The translations under genes were made by a program, and so were the position numbers. The notes under the pieces were generated by a model, which saw only the letters and a list, made by a program, of their open reading frames with translations, was not told the origin of the DNA and ran no database searches. Below are positions 1 to 8,838 of a DNA stretch of 55,839 nt, one piece after another. The DNA comes from Candidatus Acidiferrum sp. (lineage in GTDB: Bacteria > Acidobacteriota > Terriglobia > Acidiferrales > UBA7541), in NCBI GenBank assembly GCA_036495665.1, contig DASXMM010000425.1, forward strand, positions 1 to 55,839, in the 5' to 3' direction. The number at the start of each line of letters is the position of its first letter. The stretch's first letter is position 1.

Positions 1-1
1 C

Positions 2-835
2 GTGGGGGCGCTGAGTGGGTTCAGCGGGAGCGTGAGTTTAAGTGTGAGCGGATTGCCGACCGGGGCGACAGGGACATTTAGTCCGACGTCCATCAGTCCG
101 GGGGCGAGTTCGACGCTAACGGTGACGACGGGGACGACGACCCCAGCAGGAAGTCCGACGGTGACGGTGACGGGGACGAGCGGGACGCTGAGTCACACAG
201 CGACAGTGACGCTGACGGTAACGGCGATGGGTGGGGGCACTGGGAATCCGATCAGTATTAATTTTGTGGGCAGCGGAACAGCGATGGCGGCGACGGAGAC
301 CGCAGGGGTAGTGGCGGAGAGTAACTGGAACCAGGAGCAGGGAGCGAGCAGCAGCACGGCGCTGGGGTTGGTGGATGATACAGGGAGCGCCACGACGGCC
401 AGCGTGACGTGGAAGGCAGACAATGTGTGGGTGCTGCCGATCACGGACCAGCCAGGGAATGTGCGGATGATGAGAGGGTATTTGGACACGGGGAGGGGAG
501 ATACGACAACGGTGACGGTGAGCGGACTGCCCTCGAGTGCGAATGGTTATACGGTGTACGTATACGCGGACGGGGACAACAAGAGTGCGAGCCGGACGGG
601 GGTGTATCAGGTAAGCGGGACGGGGATCACGACGACGAGCATCAGTCTGACGGACCTGCCGAACACCAATTTTAGCGGGACGTTCACGCAGGCGACGAGC
701 AGCAGCCCGGATGGGAACTATGTGGTGTTCACGATACCGAATGTGAGCGGGTTCACATTGTCGGCGATCCCGAGCACGGCCTCGGACGGGACCCAGCGGG
801 CGCCGCTGAATGGGATCCAGATTGTGCCGAACTGA
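2..835 (+). CDS. C-terminal part of a large Ser/Thr/Gly-rich surface protein (Ig-like domain plus beta-sandwich domain); 5' end lies outside the window
   Basis: Open frame from the window edge. Ig-like strand pattern GFSGSVSLSVSGLP...STLTVTT...TPAGSPTVTVTGTSG...HTATVTLTV, then a domain ISINFVG...SNWN...RGYLD...YVY...GNYVVF...NGIQIVPN*. Strong, uniform codon bias. Confidence 0.8.
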   Translation: MGALSGFSGSVSLSVSGLPTGATGTFSPTSISPGASSTLTVTTGTTTPAGSPTVTVTGTSGTLSHTATVTLTVTAMGGGTGNPISINFVGSGTAMAATETAGVVAESNWNQEQGASSSTALGLVDDTGSATTASVTWKADNVWVLPITDQPGNVRMMRGYLDTGRGDTTTVTVSGLPSSANGYTVYVYADGDNKSASRTGVYQVSGTGITTTSISLTDLPNTNFSGTFTQATSSSPDGNYVVFTIPNVSGFTLSAIPSTASDGTQRAPLNGIQIVPN

Positions 836-838
836 GTA

Positions 839-3800
839 TCAAGGCGCTGGAATTGGACTCGTGGCTCGTGGAGTGATGTCCCACTTGGGGCTGGCTGTCG
901 CAAAGTCTGCACCGGGTGCGTTGTTCACGCAGCCAAGTGCATTTTGGGCTGATCGCAGAGTGTTGTAAGCGCTCGCTCCGCTGTACCCTCCCTGTGCACT
1001 GGTGATGGTATAGAAATACGACATTGCAGCCATATCCTCACCCGTATACCATTCATCGGGATTCTGGGCCCCACACGCAGGCCATGTGGTAGGCTGGAAG
1101 GCATAGAAAGCCTGATCCTCCGCCCACGAGGTGATCTCATTGCCGCTCGCATCGAGCGTGGGAAAAACGTAGTCCGAGAGGTGGTAGATATTGGAAGCCG
1201 GGTTAAGGGCTTCGTTGATGAAATGGTTCGCTACGTAACCCAAAATCGTGCAGCTTCCCGGACAATATCCCAAGTCGTTGATCCATCCGACTACGACGGC
1301 AGAGTACGCATTTTGAAAATTTGAATTGCCGTCTTGTGGGGCGTTAGAGAACTGCGAAGTTGGACAAGGAGATGATGTATTTCCAAGGCAAAGAGGAGAG
1401 TTCGCGGCATAACCGTTCGGACCAACCGCAGGGCCGTGGGTCCATGCGCCTAGCGGGGTTCCCGCAGCCGAAAGATTGCTGACTCGCGCCGTGTTTCCGT
1501 AGGTCCACGCAGTGTTGTACGAGCTACCCAAATCGTTCGGTACCGTGTGGACGCCCTCCCAGACAGCAATGTTCGCTCGGAGTTTGTCTTCGAGATACGC
1601 TTTCTCGGGCGACCCGTCCACGGCGATGAAGGCCCCTAGGAAGTTCTCTCTCGCCATCCAGTCCGTACCGCGCTCCTGGTCGATGTACCAATAGCCGGCC
1701 GAGGCCATCCGAAGCGCGGAGTTCCCGGTGGATTGCGTACAAGCACGAGAGCCAGGCGAGGCGGCCAGCGCGTAGGCCGCTTGCATCAGCTGTTCCTCAT
1801 AGTAGGCGTACTGTCCGCTCATCAGATACGCCGTGTAGGCAAGATTAGGCCAGTGTGAGGTGTCCAATTCGTCGGTTCCCCAAACACCGGTGTCTTGTCC
1901 CGTGCCGAAATTGATCCAATCAGCCGGATAACTGTTGTTGCAGCTCTGCGCCGTCGTATCGAGAAGGCTGACTTGGGTTCGCGCATTAATCGAAACTATC
2001 CGGCCTTCCGTCTGTATGTTTCCTGAGACTCCTGAATTGTCGAATGTTTGCCCGTGGCCGGCGTTCGTGTCAGCCTCGCGGTAAAAATACGGTATGGCAT
2101 TGCCGAGATCGGCGTTTCCTAATGTCACCGGAAGCATCGTCGGATCTTGCGACATCAGCGTGATGATGTCCCACGTCGGAAGGGGGCCGTGGTATTCCGC
2201 CGCCCCTGTGGCGTTCATCCCACCTTGATTCGGACCCGGATAGAAACCGGCGCCGTTCGCGTTGCCCGCGAGGCTCCGATTCGTTGAAGCGAACGACGTT
2301 GCTTCGCTTGATATTTTGCTCGCCGCGATTTTCAGGTTTGGATCCCAGTGCGGCGTGAATTTTGTCTCCGATAGATAAGGCCAGTTTTGGTTGATATGCA
2401 CTGTCGACCCGCACGAATAGGCACTTCCCGCTCCGGCACCGTTGATGCAGAAGGACCTGTGCCAACGCGAGCGCGTGATGTGTGTAAACGAGGCATTCGT
2501 GAACTCGGTTACGGGATTCGCGTTTCCCCCCGTTAGAACGACACTGTACACTTGGTCCCGCGCCGAATTAGAAGGAGTTGAAGAGGCCCATGAGTTTTCC
2601 AGCGTGTAACCAAGTTGCACCAGACCGCCTTGCGGGTAGAACCATGCCTCAAATATGGGATGGAGCGGATTGCCTGTTCCGCCGTCCGTGTTCACGTCGA
2701 AGCTGCGAGCGGAGCGGTCCTCAAGAATGACTGCCGTAACGATCGGACCCTTTAGCCAGTAAGTGCACTCGTATTTGCCGCCATCTGGGTCGCTTCCTGG
2801 GTCTTGGCAGGAGCCAGCCGCAGTCAAGATCGCTCGCGCACTGATCGCGTGGCTCGCCGTGCCGGTCAGCTGAATCTTGCCATCGAAATTGTACGTCGTG
2901 GCCAACATATCGGACTGAGCCAGAAACCCGGTGTTATTTCCCGTAGTCTGATTCGCAAAGGAAACGACCGCCGAGCCATTCGCTGGGATGCTGGGAATCA
3001 CAAAGCTGACGATCGCAAACTTCAAGGAACCGTCCGGCCATCGGTTCTTGACGTCGCACTGGGTTAGCACGGCCGTCCCGGCAACCGAAGCTTGTGCAAA
3101 ATTTGCTATTTCGCCTTGTACGAACGCCCGCGAGATCGAAATGGCGCGGTTCGTTTGCCCCGAACCGGAGGCGTCCGATATCGTAACGTCGTCCCCCGCT
3201 GGCGGTGGTGGTGGCGCACCTGCCTGCGACACCGTTACGTTCACGTTGCTCGACGTCGCGCTATTTCCTGATTTGTCCGTGGCTTTCGCAGCCAGCACAT
3301 GCCCGCCGTTACTTGCCGTTGTCGTATTCCACGACACGGCGTAGGGACTTGTCGTGTCCGCAGTGCCTAGATTCGCGCCATCCAGCAAAAACTGCACCGA
3401 CGCGACTCCCGCACTTGCGGTTGCGCTCGCTGTAACTGAGATCGTGCCGGAGACCGTCGCTCCTGAGCTGGGAGAAGTGATGGACACTGACACTGTCGGT
3501 TGGCTGGTGGTGTTATTTACCTTGATCGAGATAGCCGCGCTGGTGGCTTTCTTGTTTGAGGTGTCCGTTGCTACCGCAGTCAATGAGTGCGCGCCATTGG
3601 TCAGCGTCGTTGTAACCAAAGACGCCGAATAGGGCGCCGTCGTATCCGCCGCCCCGAAGTTAGCTCCATCAACTTGGAACTGGACGCTGGCTACACCCGC
3701 GCTGTCGGAGGCTGTGCCCGTGACGCTGATGGTTCCTGAAACCGTGGCTCCCGAAGCTGGTGAGGTGATCGAAACTGTCGGAGCCGTCGTATTCACCGTT

Positions 3801-3928
3801 CCTGGCTTACTCGTCGAACCGGTCAGTCCAGCGCAGGCCGCACTGAGCATAGCCAGTGGGAAGACCACCAGCCAAAAGCCGCCCATCATTTTATTTGTCA
3901 GTCGCGTCAGCAAGCCGCCTGGAATCAT
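839..3928 (-). CDS. Large secreted/lipoprotein-like surface protein: two bacterial Ig-like (Big_7-type) repeats plus a ~780-aa domain of unknown function
   Basis: Hydrophobic N-terminus ending LSAAC|AGL. Repeats VSITSP.SGATVSGTI.V...A....GVASVQF.(V/L)DG...G.H.L.A.A.D. Pro linker APPPPPA. Start placed at ATG 3928 after GAGGA; the ORF track starts at 3976. Confidence 0.8.
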   Translation of the reverse strand: MIPGGLLTRLTNKMMGGFWLVVFPLAMLSAACAGLTGSTSKPGTVNTTAPTVSITSPASGATVSGTISVTGTASDSAGVASVQFQVDGANFGAADTTAPYSASLVTTTLTNGAHSLTAVATDTSNKKATSAAISIKVNNTTSQPTVSVSITSPSSGATVSGTISVTASATASAGVASVQFLLDGANLGTADTTSPYAVSWNTTTASNGGHVLAAKATDKSGNSATSSNVNVTVSQAGAPPPPPAGDDVTISDASGSGQTNRAISISRAFVQGEIANFAQASVAGTAVLTQCDVKNRWPDGSLKFAIVSFVIPSIPANGSAVVSFANQTTGNNTGFLAQSDMLATTYNFDGKIQLTGTASHAISARAILTAAGSCQDPGSDPDGGKYECTYWLKGPIVTAVILEDRSARSFDVNTDGGTGNPLHPIFEAWFYPQGGLVQLGYTLENSWASSTPSNSARDQVYSVVLTGGNANPVTEFTNASFTHITRSRWHRSFCINGAGAGSAYSCGSTVHINQNWPYLSETKFTPHWDPNLKIAASKISSEATSFASTNRSLAGNANGAGFYPGPNQGGMNATGAAEYHGPLPTWDIITLMSQDPTMLPVTLGNADLGNAIPYFYREADTNAGHGQTFDNSGVSGNIQTEGRIVSINARTQVSLLDTTAQSCNNSYPADWINFGTGQDTGVWGTDELDTSHWPNLAYTAYLMSGQYAYYEEQLMQAAYALAASPGSRACTQSTGNSALRMASAGYWYIDQERGTDWMARENFLGAFIAVDGSPEKAYLEDKLRANIAVWEGVHTVPNDLGSSYNTAWTYGNTARVSNLSAAGTPLGAWTHGPAVGPNGYAANSPLCLGNTSSPCPTSQFSNAPQDGNSNFQNAYSAVVVGWINDLGYCPGSCTILGYVANHFINEALNPASNIYHLSDYVFPTLDASGNEITSWAEDQAFYAFQPTTWPACGAQNPDEWYTGEDMAAMSYFYTITSAQGGYSGASAYNTLRSAQNALGCVNNAPGADFATASPKWDITPRATSPIPAP

Positions 3929-4277
3929 GAGCAAGTCCTCGCCGTAACCGGAGTATGTGTTTTCGAGCAGCAGCAAACAGGAGACCGCTCTTCGGAGGCT
4001 CTTACCGCCCCGCTTAGAGAGTAGAAACTCCGTAGTCGATTGAAAACTGACCTAAAGGACAGTTTTGGGCCAGCCTTACCGGATACACCATGCGAGCCTA
4101 CGAAAATCGATAAAATCGGCCAAACTGGCGGTAAATGTAGCCCGCGCTGTCATTGGCAATAAACTTACGGAAGTGTGGAAACGATTTCCCTCGCATCAGA
4201 CCGTTCCAACCGTGACTGATACACCTGCCGATAAGTACAACAAAACAAGACGGATGGCGTCTGACATCTACCAATAT

Positions 4278-6614
4278 TTAGCGATTGAAGCGCAAATACC
4301 AACAGTTATTGAACGGGTCGTTGCAAAGGACCGCCACGTCCAGCACAGGATCATATGCGAAGTGACCGAAGGTACCCGCATCGCCGCTGGGCAATGGGGT
4401 GCTCTGCGGATAGTCCGTACCCTGCGTCGAGCCGTAAGTCTCCGAAGTGCAAGTCCAAGTCGTTGGATCAATGTACCAAATTGCATTGCCAGAGTTGGGG
4501 TAGATAGCTACGCGCTTGCCAACTGGGTCCCAGAAGGCGCCCATATACTGGGGATTAGCATTCGAGCCCCCTATCAAGTTCGCGCAACCCGTGGTCGCCG
4601 GTTGGTTGATTGTAAAATTACTGCCGGTGCATGCGGGCGGATTGCTGCACGCTACGTTGATGTAAAGAAGTCCTTCTTGAGGACTGCTCGACTGCGGGCC
4701 GATGAGAATCAGGTACTTGTCGATGGGGTCTAGCACTGCCGTCGAGTGATAGCCGGTTCCATCGCTCGTCTCTATCGTGAGCGTGTTATTGGCCGGGTTA
4801 TACCACTCCAACCCACTCTGGTTTTGGGTCCACACTCCCTGCGTGTTGGGGTCATAGGATGCCATGCTCCCCACTCCATAAATGTTCATATAAGCGTTGT
4901 TATTCGCTGGATTGCCGACCGGAGTCCAGTTCGGATTGCACCCTTGTTGGTTCGTTGTGGTATTTGGAGCGCAGGTGTAGAGCACTGAACTCATTGACAA
5001 TAACCAAGCGTTGCTTCCCGCATTGCCGTTCGGAGATGTTGCTCCGCCAAACTCGGTCATCTTGTCATAGCCCGGAATGTATACGGTTGTGTTGTACGTA
5101 TGAACCGACCCTGGCGTCGTGGTCTGCGTTGGAGTGCATCCGCTGAGAAAATTGCAACCTGGCAGCCCAAGAACAGTTGAAACGGAGCCCGAGCTATTGA
5201 AGCTGCAGATCGCCCCGTTACCCTCTGTGACAATGCTGCCTGCCGGACCCGCCGAAGGGCAGGTAAGCGGGTCTGCGGAATGATCCAGGTGGAACATGGG
5301 CGTCGGAGCAGACGTATTCACTAGGGAAAGCTCCAGGGAAAACACGTCGTTACCCCAGTAGTGCTCGTGGCCCCCGCCATACAGAATCAGGCGGTGACGA
5401 GCGGTATCGTATGCACCGCTGTTGGAATCCTCCAGAATGTTGTAGCACTGCGATGTGAATCCAAAGCCGTAGCTCGCATAGGAGGAGTTCAGGTTATTTG
5501 GGAAATTGTCTGGATCCGTATACGCGGCGTTGTTCTGCGCTCCTCCTCCGCAAAGCGCCGTGGAGGGAATCACATGCCAGCCCGGAACGGAGCTAAGACC
5601 AGACCCCACTCCCGAGTTGTTGACAATCACGACCGCGCTGGCTATACCCGGCTGTTCCCCGCTTCCGTTCGCGGTGCCCACTGCCGTGAGTGTGTGTGGG
5701 CCATCCGCCACGGTTGTCGTGTTCCAGGACTGCGAATAGGGCGACGCAACATCAGCACCGCCCAAATCTGTGCCGTCCACTTGGAATTGCACATTCGCAA
5801 CGCCGCTGGTATCCGAAGCTGTCGCGGTTACTGTGATCGTTCCCGAGACTGTGGTACCCGCTAGAGGCGAAGTAATGGTTACGGCCGGTTCGTTGACCGT
5901 AACAGCGACCCCCGCGCTCGTGGCCGCGTTCCCGGCTGTGTCTTTCGCCACCGCCGTCAGCGTGTGACTGCCGTTCGTCAGCGTTGCCGTGTTCAGAGAA
6001 TAGGTGTACGGCGCCGTCGTGCCCGCCGCGCCCACATTTGCTCCATCCACGCGGAACTGCACGCTTGCCACGCCTAGGTTGTCGCTCGCATTCGCAGCAA
6101 CCGTGATTGTGCCGGATATCCTCGCCCCATTCGCCGGAGATGTGATCGAAACCGTCGGCGGAGTCGTGTCTGTCGTGTTCTCTACGGAGACCTTAACAGT
6201 AGTGCTCGTACCAACATTACCGGATGCGTCCTTCGCGGTCGCCTTCAGTGAATGAGTGCCATTACCGGACTTGGTCGTATTCCAAACATAGGTGTACGGG
6301 GCAGACGTTACAGGATTGCCTGCGTTGGCGCCGTCAAGCTCGAACTGCACGCTAACCACACTGACCTTGTCGGTCGCGGTTGCGGAAACCGTAACGCTTC
6401 CCTTCAACGTGGCACCACTTGCCGGCGCACCAATGGAAACCACGGGCGGTGTGCCGCCCGTATCCGCAGGTTTCGTGCTATTGCCCGAGACCAAACCCGC
6501 GCATCCCACGCTGAACAAGCCCAGGCTCAAACCCCCTAAGAGCAAAAATGCCTGTTTAGCCCCAAATTCGGTCGTTCCTCTTCTAATCCGGAAGCCTCTC
6601 ATCTTTCTCCTCAA
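4278..6614 (-). CDS. Secreted/lipoprotein-like surface protein: three Big_7-type Ig repeats plus a Kelch-like beta-propeller
   Basis: Basic N-region, hydrophobic stretch, FSVGC|AGL. Three VSI.SP..GA..SG.I.V.A.A.D repeats. Propeller signatures LILYGGGH..YWGND, HTYN..VYIP, FGG, TFGHFAY. Confidence 0.8.
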   Translation of the reverse strand: MRRKMRGFRIRRGTTEFGAKQAFLLLGGLSLGLFSVGCAGLVSGNSTKPADTGGTPPVVSIGAPASGATLKGSVTVSATATDKVSVVSVQFELDGANAGNPVTSAPYTYVWNTTKSGNGTHSLKATAKDASGNVGTSTTVKVSVENTTDTTPPTVSITSPANGARISGTITVAANASDNLGVASVQFRVDGANVGAAGTTAPYTYSLNTATLTNGSHTLTAVAKDTAGNAATSAGVAVTVNEPAVTITSPLAGTTVSGTITVTATASDTSGVANVQFQVDGTDLGGADVASPYSQSWNTTTVADGPHTLTAVGTANGSGEQPGIASAVVIVNNSGVGSGLSSVPGWHVIPSTALCGGGAQNNAAYTDPDNFPNNLNSSYASYGFGFTSQCYNILEDSNSGAYDTARHRLILYGGGHEHYWGNDVFSLELSLVNTSAPTPMFHLDHSADPLTCPSAGPAGSIVTEGNGAICSFNSSGSVSTVLGLPGCNFLSGCTPTQTTTPGSVHTYNTTVYIPGYDKMTEFGGATSPNGNAGSNAWLLSMSSVLYTCAPNTTTNQQGCNPNWTPVGNPANNNAYMNIYGVGSMASYDPNTQGVWTQNQSGLEWYNPANNTLTIETSDGTGYHSTAVLDPIDKYLILIGPQSSSPQEGLLYINVACSNPPACTGSNFTINQPATTGCANLIGGSNANPQYMGAFWDPVGKRVAIYPNSGNAIWYIDPTTWTCTSETYGSTQGTDYPQSTPLPSGDAGTFGHFAYDPVLDVAVLCNDPFNNCWYLRFNR

Positions 6615-6698
6615 ACCAATTCCCTCAGAATTTGGCGAGACACCGAGAGGGGCAATAAGTAGTTTCGCCGCTTGGATAGGCTAGGTGAGCGAGGACAT

Positions 6699-6715
6699 CA
6701 CAAGCTACTGTCCAG
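6699..6715 (-). promoter_or_regulatory. Possible variant sigma54 promoter (GG-N10-GT) for the 4278..6614 gene
   Basis: Minus strand reads CTGGACAGTAGCTTGTG. It shares CTGGACAGT with the divergent promoter at 7091, but its -12 element is GT rather than GC. Confidence 0.3.
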
Positions 6716-7090
6716 GGGGCGCAAAATGGTTCAGGTGTGCGGAGCAGGATAGGAACTGGCCAGACGGACAATTAAATGGATGCTTTCCGATGGCCAAGCA
6801 CGGCGTTGCAGAATGCCGTCTTGTTGCAATACCAGGGATCCCACTCCGAGTGGTCGTCTTATCAGGCGACGGATGGCGCACTTGCGAGGCTGGCGGCCAA
6901 ATTCACGCAAATTTGAGAGAATCCTATCTTCAGGCGAGAGAAAGACTTCTTAATAGAGTCCCTGGCCTGTCCAGCATGCCTGTGGGAAAAAGAATGCAGC
7001 AATTGTCCTTTAGTCTTCCTTGACCCAGCCGTAATTTGGCTAATCACTTTTCTTTATCATTGAAAACAAATGGTTTATTTACATGCTTCT

Positions 7091-7107
7091 CTGGACAGTC
7101 AGATGCT
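7091..7107 (+). promoter_or_regulatory. sigma54 -24/-12 promoter
   Basis: CTGGACAGTCAGATGCT: GG at 7093-94, GC at 7105-06, exact N10 spacing. IHF-like 20-mer at 7058-7077 upstream. Confidence 0.55.
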
Positions 7108-7119
7108 TTTACCATGGCT

Positions 7120-7284
7120 ATGATCGCCCAACTATCAGCATCTGAACCTGGAACGCTAGTTTTGATCGGTGGGAGTTTGCTGTCTGCATCGCTTGTCTTG
7201 CGATGGGTTCTGACGACTGTGGTACACGCGTTTAGCCGCCAACCCAAGGCTAACCTACGCACCCATGAAAGTCCGCTAAAGTAG
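7120..7284 (+). CDS. Small membrane peptide consisting almost only of a PEP-CTERM-like segment
   Basis: MIAQLSA-SEPGTLVLIGGSLLSASLVLRW...: xEP motif, TM helix and Arg, resembling PEPxTLxLLGxGLxxL...RR. Lies directly after a sigma54 motif. Alternative ATG at 7114. Confidence 0.55.
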   Translation: MIAQLSASEPGTLVLIGGSLLSASLVLRWVLTTVVHAFSRQPKANLRTHESPLK

Positions 7285-7650
7285 TCAACCTCCACAAACA
7301 TCCTTTAGAGATACCGGGGCTTTATGTTCGAGTCTCCCTAACGCCGTACTTAATATAACGAGTCGGTGGGACCAGTGCGTTCAGTTGCTTAGGGCCTAAG
7401 CAACTTTAGCCCCATATGCTGATGGCTCGCCCTCAACACTCGCTGCGGCACGCGGGCCATGGGTGCGTAATTTCACTTTTTCACTTTTTTCTGGGCAAGA
7501 AGCAGTCAAGCGTCGTATCATTGTCTATAAGGGGCAATGTCCAACCTTATCGGGCCCGGCGGTTCACGTCGGCTTTTCGTTTACTCACTTTTTCGGTCTT
7601 TTTGACGGCTCGTCTTTTCTAACTTGCCCTGGATAAAGCGGCCAATAACC

Positions 7651-7743
7651 TAAGCTCTTTAGAATCAACACTTGCAACCCGTCCGCAAATGTTGATTCTA
7701 AACGGCTTACGGAAAAGCTAAGCCCTTTAGATGCAACACTTAC
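7651..7743. repeat. Three ~25-bp copies (forward, inverted, forward) of TAAGCYNTTTAGAWKCAACAYTTRC
   Basis: 7651-7675 taagctctttagaatcaacacttgc; 7685-7709 reverse complement taagccgtttagaatcaacatttgc (22/25 identical, 9-nt spacer); 7719-7743 taagccctttagatgcaacacttac. Confidence 0.8.
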
Positions 7744-7811
7744 AGGAATCAGCGGGAGGGAGGTTACCCCGCCCGTAAGCACCCCATTCAGACCCAATCG
7801 AGCCGTAAGCT

Positions 7812-8732
7812 TTAATTCGGCTCCTCGAGAAAGGCGCCCAACTGCCCAAAAGATACTTCTGGAATTGGTTTTTGCTCTGCCAATGGTCGAGAGCGGTCAG
7901 AGATAATCCCCTCAAGCGTCGAATTCAGAGGTTGTACCTCAAAATCCCGCAGTATCCGGCGAAACTTCGCTTCTGCCCCTCTCAATCCAAAATAGTGGCG
8001 AAGACGAGCCGAGACGCTTCCTTCCATACGCGGCTGTTCGGAGTCCAGCTCCCACGGATGCAGGTAGACGCAAACGGGCTGTTCCTCACCATCGTTTATG
8101 TGACGAAGCCCCCATCTCGTAAACCAGTAGGGCAGCAGTCTGAGATATGCGCCCCCGCCGATGGGAGCTCTCTTGTGCCCAAGCTGAAGAGTGGGCATCG
8201 GGAACTCAACTATCGGTCCGCAGGCGGTCTTAATCGCAAAAGGGAAACGTGGCGCGCGCGGCCAACCGTAGCTTGGGTGGTCAATCGGGAAAATACTCGA
8301 GTCATAGGTAAATCCTAGCTCAGCCAGGATCTCGAATGCCCACAGTGAGTTACTCTTGATCGAAAAGCTGGGGGCGCGATACCCGTAAACTGGCCTCCCC
8401 GTAACATCTTCCAACAACCGTTTGGCTTGAAGGGTGTCTTGCCGGAATTCTTCGGGGCTTAAGTCGCAGACAGAGCGGTGAACATTGCTGTGGCAGGCGA
8501 TCTCATGGTGGTGGCCGGCAATTTCCTTGACCAAGTTTGGATACTTTTCGGCCGTCCATCCCAGCGTGAAGAACGTGGCGCGAGCGCCTCGCTCCTCAAG
8601 AATGGAGAGAAGCTTTGCCGTGTTACGCTCGATCCGGCTCTCAAAGGTATTCCACTGGCCAACAGCAGCTTGCTGGGAAAAAGCGGTAACCTGGTAGTAG
8701 TCTTCTAGGTCGATTGTGACTGCGTTCTTCAT
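7812..8732 (-). CDS. Polysaccharide deacetylase (CE4), PEP-CTERM/XrtA-locus type with DUF3473-like C-terminus
   Basis: NAVTIDLEDYYQV, ATFFTLGW.A, HEIACHS..H, GYRAPSFSI, YDSSIFP, GGGAYLRLLPY, YLHPWELD.EQPR. Confidence 0.88.
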   Translation of the reverse strand: MKNAVTIDLEDYYQVTAFSQQAAVGQWNTFESRIERNTAKLLSILEERGARATFFTLGWTAEKYPNLVKEIAGHHHEIACHSNVHRSVCDLSPEEFRQDTLQAKRLLEDVTGRPVYGYRAPSFSIKSNSLWAFEILAELGFTYDSSIFPIDHPSYGWPRAPRFPFAIKTACGPIVEFPMPTLQLGHKRAPIGGGAYLRLLPYWFTRWGLRHINDGEEQPVCVYLHPWELDSEQPRMEGSVSARLRHYFGLRGAEAKFRRILRDFEVQPLNSTLEGIISDRSRPLAEQKPIPEVSFGQLGAFLEEPN

Positions 8733-8838
8733 TTTCCGTTTCGGCAAAATTCCGAATATCAGCAAAGTTGACGACCCGGCAATCTTAAGCGTACTTTCAA
8801 TTTTCCCGGATTGCTTTCAGACTATTATAGCGGACCTC

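Noticed and set aside
4065-4733. Long antisense/alternative-frame ORFs (e.g. 4065..4733, 14441..15214, 21138..21884, 25214..25927, 49131..49835)
   Set aside because: They overlap well-supported genes on the opposite strand and have no recognisable motifs; typical shadow ORFs of GC-rich DNA.
7077-7083. TTTACA as the PEP-CTERM (PrsR-type) enhancer box
   Set aside because: It is only ~10 bp from the -24 element, too close for an enhancer, and has no partner half-site.
7651-7743. Possible mini CRISPR array
   Set aside because: The copies alternate in orientation, the spacers are only 9 nt, and no cas genes are in the window.
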